From: Camelus dromedarius
Lineage: Eukaryota
Assembly: GCF_036321535.1 (NCBI RefSeq)
Contig: NC_087436.1
Location: 96,164,001-96,228,000, forward strand
DNA length: 64,000 nt
Direction: 5' to 3'
Position 1 is the stretch's first letter. The number at the start of each line of letters is the position of its first letter. The notes under the pieces are model-generated. The model was not told where the DNA came from. It saw nothing but the letters and a program-made list of their open reading frames with translations, and ran no database searches. Made by a program: the position numbers and the translations under genes. Shown piece by piece: positions 51,401-61,700 of this stretch.

Positions 51401-52338
51401 TATTCTTTAATGATTTGAACATCTCCTGGAACACTGACTTCCTCTAAATTCATTGGGCAAACATCTATACCACAATGGAAAATAGAATGTACTAAATTAC
51501 TAAAGGAAGTTTTTGTTTTGTTTTTAAGGTTAATTATGGCGCTGGAGGGAAAAAAAGAAAACACTGATTTCTGTCTTATATCATTGGAAAAATTGTTCAG
51601 TGGTGGTTTGTGAAAATCTCACACTCATCCGGACTGCCAAGGTCAATGAGACCCACGTAATTGACCTGGGAGGTGCCTCCCCAACTATCAGATATTCAGC
51701 AGTTTTTGTGACCCTTCAACACGTGCGTGCCCCTTCTTAGCACTGCACCCTCTACCCTCACCCCACTCATCGCCACCCAAGGCGCCAGCACCCCAAGGGG
51801 AGCACATCCTGGGACCCAAGGACATTTCAAAGAAACAGCGGCGGTCACCTTCCATGTCCGTTTTACTTAAAAACACCCAGATGCTTAAAAATAAGGGGGA
51901 CGGTGGGAGGGCGACAGTTAGAAATAAGAGGAAAATCTCTTGCAGTTTTCCCAAATCAAGTTCTCAGACACGGTTGAAAGTTCACTGATCAGAGATTTTA
52001 AAACAAAAGTGTTTCATATACAAATTCGGGGCAAAGCCTTACACACTGTCTTGGTCTTTAGTTTGGGGGGATTTGTAAAAGTTTCCCCATCCCACCGAGA
52101 TTGGATTTTGCCCCTCTGTGCCTCTGTTGAACGACCAGACTTTTCCGAAGCAATCAGACTGAGAATTGCTTCACCCCCCCCCCCCAGCTTTTTTCCTTCT
52201 TTCTTTTTTCACGGCAAAAGGAAATAGGGGAATAAAAATGCACGGCGAGAAAAGTGGGGGAACTAATGCCACAAAGCCAAGTTCCGCGGGAGTCAAGCCC
52301 CTGTGCTCCCGGCGCGCGGGGCGAGAGACGGTCCCTAC

Positions 52339-52430
52339 CTGGGGCCGGGCGGCGGCGGCGGCGGCGGCGGCGGCGGGGTCGCGGCGCCCATGGCTTCGCC
52401 GGCCTCGGGCGGCCGCGCCGGGAAACGCCA
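52339..52430 (-). other. C4orf19: Putative first exon of the gene downstream of NWD2 (C4orf19/PGCKA1 by synteny); TSS approximate
   Basis: Donor CAG|GTAGGG at 52339/52338 downstream of the CCAAT/E-box on the minus strand. In human, C4orf19 starts a few kb after the NWD2 3' end in the same orientation and has a long first intron (recalled knowledge). No C4orf19 coding exon was recognised in the window. Confidence 0.65.
52348..52376. repeat. (GGC)9/(CCG)9 trinucleotide repeat in the putative first exon
   Basis: Read directly: nine uninterrupted GGC units from 52348. Confidence 0.97.
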
Positions 52431-53604
52431 GCGGCTCAGCGCAGCCCGGACCCGCCGCGCTCGCAGCGGCCGCCCCGGCGCCGTCATTGGGCCGGCGTGT
52501 CACGTGGCCCGGCCGGCGGGCGAGCCTCCCGGGCCCGCGTAACCCTTTACCTGCGCGCCTCGCGCCGCGCGGGGGCCTCGGAGACCGCGCCGGCCAGCGG
52601 CGCGCACCGAAGAGCACCCCGGGGCTCGGCCTCTACCGCCGACGCCCAGGCTGCGTGCCAGCCGCCCGCCCGCGCTGGGGAACTTTTTGCTGCCCACTTT
52701 TCCGTCGTGCTTTTCCTTGGATTCAGGACGTAAGTGGAGGAGATAAATAAGTGCTCTCCCTGGCAAAGAGATCTGCCCCCCACCCCTTATCCCTGTGAAC
52801 TTGTGTTTCTGTTTCCTCCTCAGCTCTGGCCTTAGCCATTTACACCCATTGTGCGCACAGTTCGCCTGCCTTTATGGGCGGGATGATCTGGGGAAGAGCG
52901 CAGACGCCACCAGGTGAGAATTCCCAGGGACGTGGCACACGCTGCACCCCAAGACCACAGTGGGAGTTCAGCGAAGTCATGCTTCCCCGACCCACAACTT
53001 CCCTCTCTTCTCCGGGAGTGTTAGAACCTTGGCTGCCACACTGCGGCCACTCTCCTGAGCTCCACGCCCGTGCTTGTTGCAACACCTCAGGTGAGTGGTG
53101 AGCTGGTTGCTTTACTCTGAAACAGCACTCAAGGGTTGTAAATTCTTTGCACCTGTGCGCCCTAGTGCGTCAGTGTTGGGCTTGACAGGAAAATGTGTTA
53201 AGCAACGGCGCCACCTAGCTTGTCCTCTCCTCTCCCCTTCATCCATTCAGGGAGAGTCAGGATATAAAACAGGATGCTGGAGAAGCAACAGGGCAGGATA
53301 CTATTGAAAGTGGACGTTCTGCCCTTAGTTCTTAATGCGTGCCAGTGATTCTGGCGCCATTTAACACGGCGACATTTGCCACGCTTTATGGAGGAAAACT
53401 CGGTTTTTGAATCTTCCCGCTTGTGCAGTAGCTGCATGCTTGAACATGATCGATTGATGAGGGACGTTATATGCCGTTTTACACCACTTTCTCATAAAAC
53501 CCTCTGTCACAACAAAGGACCCTCCTGTCTAACTTCTAGTAATGTCCACAAGATACTGGTATGTTTATCAGTTAGGTTATTCTGACCAAAAAGACTGGTA
53601 TTTA

Positions 53605-53786
53605 TCTTGGGTTCTAAAGTGTAACTCCCAGACTAGCAGAATCAGCATCATCTGGAGGAATTTAGTAAAAATGCAGATTCTTGGGTTCTGCCCAGGACAT
53701 ACCTATGTAGAAACAGCTGGGGCAGAGAGGGTAAAATAATCTGCATTTTAACAAACAGTGCACGTTCTAGTGTGCGAACCACTGCC
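53605..53786. mobile_element. MER5A element
   Basis: cagcatcatctggaggaatttagtaaaaatgcagattcttggg...aatctgcattttaacaa...gaaccactg. Confidence 0.8.
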
Positions 53787-54399
53787 CTGAGCATGTTCAA
53801 GCAGCTGGCTAAGTTTCCCTCATCTACTAAAGGCTGGAGTTCTGTAAAGCCAGAGGTGTTGGTGTTACTGGTAACCTCAGATTACCAGTGTTACATAACT
53901 TGTCATGTTTTTCCTACACTGAAACTGAACCTTTTGATGGGTCTGTATGAAGTGTAATCTGTACTTCATGCAGGTTACGTGGAATGCCAAAGGGAGCTCG
54001 GAGGGGACCTCCATAAAAATACAGAAGAAAAACCTATGGTTTCTTTATGCATGTGGGGATGAAATGCCATGATTCACTTAGGTTTTTAGGTGTGTTTCGG
54101 TTTTCATTGGCATATGAATCATGGAAGACAGGAAAACTAATTTGTTTGAGTGGATTTTTCAGTATAGTTCTGAATTTGTCAATATGATTCTGTTGACTGA
54201 AATAAATGCACAGCCTAAAAGTTGAGAGTTATGTTTTATTTGGTGAACATTTCTGAGGACTCAAAACTCCATTCTGAAGAAGAGGTAAACTTTTAAAAAG
54301 GTTATAGTATTGGCTTACATTATAACCAAAAAAAGCACCGTATTAGGCATTTTAGACTTTTGAGAAAGAGATAACTGGTTGGATTCTTTATCCTTAGCT

Positions 54400-55340
54400 C
54401 AGATTTGTCCATTGTATGGATAGTCTACTTACAATTGCCCACGTGGGTGTCTTAACTTTTAAACTCTCTGGGTCCAACTTTATCATTTCCCTCATTTTCA
54501 TCTCCTAACCTACTCATTTTACATTTGTAATTGTACTCTCTGCCTGATTTCATTTGGAACTGGAATTATCTGAGTGTCCCTTTTGTCACCCACCTCTATC
54601 AGTGAAGTCCTGAAGCCACTCCTCTTAGCAATTTCACTGCCACTGCCCTAAGGTGAAGTTCTTATACTTTCTTAACTGAATTGCTTTGCTAAAACTAACA
54701 TTGTAAATCAACTACACTTCAATTAAAGAAACCAAATTAAAAATAAAGAAAGAAAAAGAAAAAAATTTCTTAGACTTTCTATCTCAGATCTTTGCAATAG
54801 TCTCTTTACTGGCCTCCCAGCTTCTTGTCTCTCCCATCTCTAGTCCATCTGACATAGTACTGCCCCAGTCATTCTAGAACACCATTCAACTAGACCACTC
54901 CCCTTCTCAAAAACTTTTTCACGATTCCCTCTTGGCTACCAAATGAAATTTAACATCTCCACATAGCATCTGAAGTCATCCAAATGTCCTTTGTCTCACC
55001 CTGTTTTTGCTCACATAGCTTCCTCCACCTGAGAAATGTCTCTGACATTCTGACAGCTAAATCCTGTTTATCCTTCAAGATTCTGCTCTGTCATCTCCTC
55101 TAGGCCATCCTTTTTGATTCCCAGTTAGAGTTATGCTCCTCTGCAGTATATCCTCAGCATCTATCTATCACTTTTATTAACAACTTTCTTTCTTTCTTTT
55201 TTTAAAATCACAGTCTGTCTTACCTCTAATTTAGTTGCCTCCTTTAGATGGTAGGATTCTGGAGGGCAGGGGGTGTGCATGGCTGACTTCTCATCCTAGG
55301 CATAGCATAATGCCTTGGACATAGCAAGCAGTGTTTGTTG
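54400..55340 (+). mobile_element. L2 LINE fragment containing a very short L1 3' tail (~54693-54765)
   Basis: ttgcaatagtctctttactggcctcccagct...ctagtccat...ctaaatcctgtttatccttcaag (L2); acattgtaaatcaactacacttcaatt plus A-rich tail (L1 end). Confidence 0.7.
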
Positions 55341-56269
55341 TGCTCTTGCCCCTAGGAAAGCAGGTATTTTATTAAACAGCAGACTTCACGCATATGAAGT
55401 GCTTTTATGCAAATAAGAGTGATCCCTTCCTCTACATTTTCTCTGAGAACCGGAAGAAAAGAAAGTGTAGACTTCAACCTCAAGAATTTAGAGCAGAATC
55501 CAAGAAGGAATTCCCCAGCATGGGTAATGGGACTGTTTTCAAAGGAAGTACATTTTAAACAGAAGTCAGTCTCAGCCACGTGAAGATCAAACCCAACAGA
55601 TAATTTCTTCAATTTTTTTAAAATCTGATTTTAAGTTTCTCTGAGGATGTTTCATGAAACTAGATACAAGATTTCACCTGGTTATTTCCTAGTTATCATC
55701 ACTTAAGCTCTCCATTACTCCTTTGTTTAAAAAAAAATTTTTTTTGGTATGTGTGTGTGGGGAATTCTGAGATTCCAGAGGCAACAAGGGAAAAACGAAA
55801 GTGCATATGGGAAGCTTCCCCCTTGGCCCTGCTCTCTCACCTGGAGGCAGTTCATGAGTAGGACGGCCTCTGGGTGACTCTCCTTCCCACCTCTGCCCCA
55901 AGCCCCAGAGGGAAGCACACAGCCCTGGCACTCACACAGAGAGCTTGTGTCCTGTTTCCTGTTATAAGACTGTGATATCCTAGAAGGTATAACCTATTTT
56001 ATCAGCCTCTGTATTCCTGGCAAAATGCATGACCAAGTAAATATTTGCTGAATGAATACTTCAGCTATTGCGGTTATACCTGAAAACCCTGGGAGTTTGC
56101 AAAGCCTTCCAGTGAGCTTTAGAGCCTTGCCTGGTCTCTAATCTGCAAGTTAGAAAATATCTTAAAGGTCATTATCAGTAAGTGCCTACTGGATGCTCAA
56201 AGCTTTATTTTTATGTGCTTTCAGAAGTTAACAAAAAAAGACATTGGTGGGTATTGAAATCCTGTCCAT

Positions 56270-56410
56270 CTGTTCCTCTGTTTTTAGTTTCTTCATCTGT
56301 ACATTTGGAATACAGTACCTATCTCATATGGCTGTTGTGAAGATTGCATGGCTTAATACATGCAAAGCTCCAAAAAAAATGCTTCGTGTACAGGAATAAT
56401 TATTGTTATT
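56270..56410 (+). mobile_element. MIR SINE fragment just beyond the NWD2 poly(A) site
   Basis: tagtttcttcatctgtacattt...acagtacctatctcatatggctgttgtgaagatt. Confidence 0.75.
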
Positions 56411-56449
56411 TTTACTGAAGATCTCTTAACTACACCTGCCGAAGTTGGA

Positions 56450-56530
56450 GGAGAAAAACAAACACCATGCAAATCTAAGCTGTTTATCTTTTATTCATAC
56501 AAACAATACATACACAAGACTGTACATTGT
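56450..56530 (-). terminator. Polyadenylation signal of NWD2
   Basis: AATAAA on minus strand (plus TTTATT 56490-56495), several upstream UGUA elements (plus TACA at 56507, 56511, 56523) and a downstream GU/U-rich element (minus GGTGTTTGTTTTTCTC, ~56451-56466). Confidence 0.8.
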
Positions 56531-58746
56531 TTGAAGACTGCAATAATTTTCTAGTGTAACAACTCTGTAACAAAATTTAACTAAATGTAACATTTATGAA
56601 AATATAAATCTCTGATTGGGCAATTCTTCCCAACAATACAAAGTTTACATAAAAACATTCAATATGAGCTATCAGTTGCAAACAAGTTAGGAAAAAAATC
56701 ATTCAAGTCACTTGTTAAACTCTATTGGCTGTTACACAGAACATTCACACACTACATTTAATCCACCTAGGCATTTAATTCTGAGAAATGTGTAGCATGG
56801 AGGTCCAACTGATAAGGACAAGAATAAGAATGTGTTGCCTCGAAGAGCTAAAAAAAGCACTGATTCATACAATCTACTCCAGGTGATCTGTACATGGGCT
56901 GAGCCTCCTCTGGGCTTCCACCTCCCCAGCTGGTAGCTAGGCCAGGAGGAACATACTGAAAAAGTCTTTCACCAACGAGTGGGGTGTTTATATCTGAATC
57001 ACATCTCTGTATGCTTATGTGTCAAATTGCTTTCCAAAGTGAAATACAGTTGACTTGGATTCCCTATAGGTTAGATCACTTTGTTTCTTCCATTAGCATT
57101 AACAATTAAGATGTCATGCTCTTTTTTTCTCATGTTTCTCCCCAACATCCCTATGAGGGCAACAGCAGAAGCTATCACTACCTTTATTCTGCAGTTTACA
57201 AAAACAATACATTTGGGAGGTTAAGGATCTACCTACGGATAGTTGATGAGTTCAAGGTGGAGCTGGACTGAAAGCGAGTCAGTTCCTTGTTCATTATTCT
57301 GCCTACACAAGTCACCACTGGCCCTTTCAAATCAAACCAAACCAAACCAAACCATCACTACTGACACCCTTTGGAGAGTTATCCAGGGACATGCCATGAG
57401 AAGAATATGGAAGGAAGAAAATCACATTCCCCTTTTGGGATGTAATATTTTCTTCTAAATAGGTAAAGTAGCTTTTAAAAAACATCGAATACCATTTCAC
57501 AGCTTCTGCTTTGAAACAGATAAGACTATGAAAGGCTCCGAAGAGTCCTTAGGCAGAAAGGGAGACAGATCAAGAAGGGTGCACACATAGAGTGAGTAGA
57601 AGTAAGACAGTAATTTCACACAGGGACAATAAGAGCCTTTGGACACCCTTAAGATCTGTGGAATATTTTAGCACAAAGACAGGCATATTCAGTTTGTCCC
57701 AGAGTATTTGGTCATCTATCTGCGTTTTACACAGGACAGAGGAGGAATGAGAGTAAGGCAGATGTCATCCGTATTCCATAGATGGCAAGTCAAGAAAGCT
57801 TTCCTTCTACTAAGATTTACTGCAGGGGCCTAGGAAATAATTTACGCTTCTGAACAACTGATTTCTATTGCACAGACTGTTGTTAGTACAATGACAGAAA
57901 TGAACAGGTGTTTTGACTGAATCTGTAATGCCCTTTCCTGCAACTCTTCTTTACACCCAGCACAAATGGGCATTTCAAAAAGACATGAAAAGATTGTGGT
58001 TTCTTATTAAAAGTGTTCTTTTGCAGCCCAGGAAATAGGTTAAAAACCGGATGTTCTGTTATACAGAAACCCTTGCATGCAGTTGTCACAACTGTATTTG
58101 AAAGAAGACGGCTGCATGTTCAATAGCCCTGTGATAGTGGTAGGGAGCTCTTGTCCCAGTCCAGCCTGCGGCCTCGCCCTTCATGTCCTTTCTCTCAGGA
58201 AACTGGGGGCACACCTGGGCCATTTTGTTACGTTATTTTGCACCTTTAGACCTTCCCTCTGCAGACTGGATTTACACAGTTGTCAGGATTGTAAAATGTA
58301 AGGAGAGATTAAGGCTGTGTTTAGTGATCCACACAATCATTTGAAGTCAAGCAGCAATTTCACAATTTCGATCATTTCCTGTAGAGCTAACTCCAGTCCA
58401 AATGGTCCGTATATAGCTCGCTCCTCTCTCGTCTGCATAATGGGATGAGTTAAGCTGCTTCTTCCCACACAGTTAATTTTAAAACTACCCTCTAACTTCC
58501 AGGTGACATAGCCATGTAAATGTGATTTCTAGAAATTCTCTGTCAAGACTTTCTTCCTGGATGAGCTTTGACCAAAAAAAAAAAAAAAACCTAAACTCAA
58601 TTTCACACATCTGTACATTTCATGAGCACATTAATAATTAATACTGGAACTCTAGCATCTTTCCTGTTTTTTAAGAATGAGTGGTTTATCATCTGGGATA
58701 CAGAAGATTTTTTTTTCTTTATATATGTGAGCAGGAAAAACATTTG
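56470..58746 (-). other. NWD2: NWD2 3' UTR (~2.3 kb)
   Basis: Non-coding sequence following the stop codon and ending at a well-formed polyadenylation signal; 3' end position is inferred. Confidence 0.75.
57140..57300 (-). mobile_element. MIR fragment within the NWD2 3' UTR
   Basis: caacatccctatgagg...gggaggttaaggatctacctacggat...ggtggagctggactgaa resembles antisense MIR. Confidence 0.55.
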
Positions 58747-61700
58747 TCAGTTGTCAGGGGCATAGCTGTGGCCCCTAGATTCCAGGGCGGAGCACACCCG
58801 GTCGTAGCAAGAGTTGTGTTTCCTGGAAGGCGTGGCCTCGTTGGGCTCCGTGGAGTCACTCACTGTGATGGGACTGTCTCTTGCAAAGACCTCAGTAGAC
58901 TCTCTCCACAGGCAATCCACAGACACTTTGAAACAGTAACGATGGCACTTCGGCCTGGATGCCTGCGTCGTGCTGTTGAAGATCTGTCTGCTGTTTGACG
59001 TGGCGATTTTAATTTTCAGCGCAGCATCCACGCGGTCCACCACGGTGTATATCCCTACGCTCCCGTCGTCAAAACCTACAATGATGTTCAGGTGCCTCTG
59101 GGAGAGGGCGAGAAAAGTTGGTGTTTTGTAAAGGGAACAAGCACCGATATTTTTGCCGTCGGCCAGTCTCATGACAATCAAACTGGATAGCGCACCGTTT
59201 TCATCCTCTTCCTCCCCGTTTCGGAAACAAATGTATACCAGGTAGCGACCGTCTCGAGACAGCCTCTGCCTCCAGATGACCCCAGAGGCGTGAACCACCC
59301 GTAATTTACCGCTGTGTAAGTCTAGCACGTTGATATTTTCGTCTCCCCTGGAAATAATGCCTAGCTTTCCATTCGGGGAGATTTCAAAATCCTCTAGATT
59401 TTTCAGGAAGTTGTTTGGCAGTTGCACACGGCGACAGATCACTTCTTCTGTCAGACTCCAGATATTCACCGTCTCGGCCGATGTGATAAACACGATGATG
59501 TCTGGACAGTCGGGGATCAATTTAAAATTCACAATGGTGGTGCCGTCTTCACAGCAGAATTTCTTGGTGATGCTTCCTGTCCAAAGGCTGACTGCCAGCA
59601 CCTTGCTTTTGGTCATCCCCACCACGAAGGTGTTTGCAGAGGTTATAAAGGCATTCTGCAGAGTGGTCAGAATGTTGCACACCCTGTGGCCCGTGGCCAG
59701 TCTCCAAACCCTGGAGGCGTTTTCCTCACAGAGAGAGACCACGAACTGGTCATTGTGTGTAATTAGCAGCTGAGATATCCTCTGCCCGTTAATGCGGAAG
59801 AGGTTTTCCCCGCTGCTGGTGTGCCAGACGTACTGGCTGCTCTTGTCATCCGCTGTCACCATTACGTCTCCTGAGGACGTCAACACACAGTGTTCAACTA
59901 TCCCTTCGTGCTTAAATACTGCTTCAAGGAACCCACTGCTGAAGTTCCATTTATGAACACAATCAGAGCCATCCAGGGAGTAAATGATTTCCCCCCTAGC
60001 AGGCAACACCAGACTTTGGATGGGTTTTCCAGTCTTATCTATGTTTGACATGGCTGTGATGATATCTATGTCCCAGATAGAAAGAACCCCACTGGTCGAC
60101 AAAGAGAGCAGCATGTTGTGGTGACTTGATTTCACCAGCTTGACTATGGTTCCTGAGATCTCCTGTAAGCTCGCCATACATTGTCCCGTGTCCCGCCTCC
60201 AAAAAAACACGGCTGAGGTATTTTCCATGGTCGCGATGATGCAGTCCCCGTTCTTGGACAGCACGGCTGATATAAAGCGTTCGTTGTGTTTAGCTCTGAA
60301 CTTTTCAGCCACTTTCCACATGCCAGTATCTAAGAGCTCAATGCTGAGGGCTTTACAGATCAGAACTGCACTCTGGTCCTCTGAAAGTTCAATGCTGACC
60401 ACCTCACTATCTTCTCTTCGGCAGTCAAAGTCATCAGTCAGCTGGGGGTTGGAGATGTCCTCAGTGTTCCAAACAGAGAGGCTTCCCTCACTGTCTACCA
60501 TTACCATTTCTTGAGCCGTGTCCAAGATAAGAAGGAACTTCACAAACCCACCCGAAAATTCAGATGTCACCGTACATAACTTTTCTCCACTCCCTAAATG
60601 AAATATGGTGGTGGTGTTCAGGTACTGTCCACAGAAGGCATAGGCGCCGTCCAGCGAGCACTGGACACAGGTCACTTCATACCAGCAGTGGAACTGGTAA
60701 AGGGGCCATCCGTAGAGCAGGTCGATGACAGTGACGTCTTTGCTGGCTTCGAGCCAGGCAAGGGCGTGTTTAACGGACAGTGTAAATCCATTGATGTAGG
60801 TGGAGCCGCTTCCATGTTTGGTCCCTTTGATTTCCACTTCAGACAGGAGGCAAGAATTTACATTATCATAAACCAACAAGGTGTTATTTGTTGTAGCCAC
60901 AACAAGATACTTTTCGTCACTGGTGAGTTTCATGCCCAGGATGACAGACTGGGCTGTCGTGATTTGCCTGAGTAGTTGACGTGTTTCCACGTCCCACGTG
61001 CTGATGGAACCATTTTCTAAAGCCGTGAGGACTGTACTGGGGTTAGAGGTGGGCAGAATCTCGGTGACATGCAGGTGACTAGATGACAAGGGAAGACGCT
61101 CTGGGCTGTAGGTCACATCCATGGATGAATGTAATGGCACAATGGAGCAATATTTGGGGCCGTCTTTGTCACATTCTAAAAGAAGGTGTCTGAGTTTAGG
61201 CAGGGAACTTACGACAGGCAGCAGTCTTTGCTGAAGCTCGGCGGAAAGGGAGCCGGGGAACGCAACGACCTTGGTTTTGATGCTGCGGAGGGTGCTTGCC
61301 AGAAACTTCAGCTCCTTCTCCTGTGAGTAGTTGTAAGCCAGCTCGATGTCAGAGAGCACTTTGTCAAACTGGCCAATCTTGGTCATGGTGTAGAGCCAGC
61401 TGAAGTTCATGATGATGCCATAGAGCAAGTCGTCGGTCTTCCCGCACCTCGTCAGGTGGTACAGGAGCTCACACATTTTCCGATGGTTGACGAAAAAGAT
61501 GTCGGGCTCCAACGGGTTACACTGGAAAACCCAGGGCTGGTCAGGGGCTTGCCTGTCGAAGGAAGCCTGCTCCATGAAGTGCTTCTCCTCCTCCAGCAGG
61601 CTTCTGCTCTCCAAGTCAAGGCAGCCATTCAAGTAGGAGTCTTCAAGGCAGAAAGCTTTTCTCCTGCCCCCTGACCAGACGCCCAGAAAGTAGTCTGCCA

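Larger units (their letters stand above)
52240..52735. promoter_or_regulatory. CpG island promoter (probable C4orf19/PGCKA1 promoter)
   Basis: Very high GC and dense CpG against a CpG-depleted background. CCAAT box on minus strand (52486-52490), adjacent CRE half-site CGTCA (52482-52486), E-box GTCACGTG (52499-52506), GC-box-like CCGCCC (~52662-52671). Confidence 0.9.

Noticed and set aside
1..52300. Numerous 60-160 aa ORFs as genes or C4orf19 coding exons
   Set aside because: Most lie in repeats or low-complexity tracts; none resembles the recalled C4orf19 protein or any family I recognise.
52486..52507. ER stress element (ERSE) from CCAAT plus CCACG
   Set aside because: Order and spacing do not fit CCAAT-N9-CCACG or ATTGG-N-CCACG.
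52166..52783. Several 78-194 aa Ala/Arg/Gly/Pro-rich ORFs across the CpG island
   Set aside because: Stop-codon scarcity in very GC-rich DNA, low complexity, starts not in convincing ATG context. Only the short Kozak-ATG uORF was kept.
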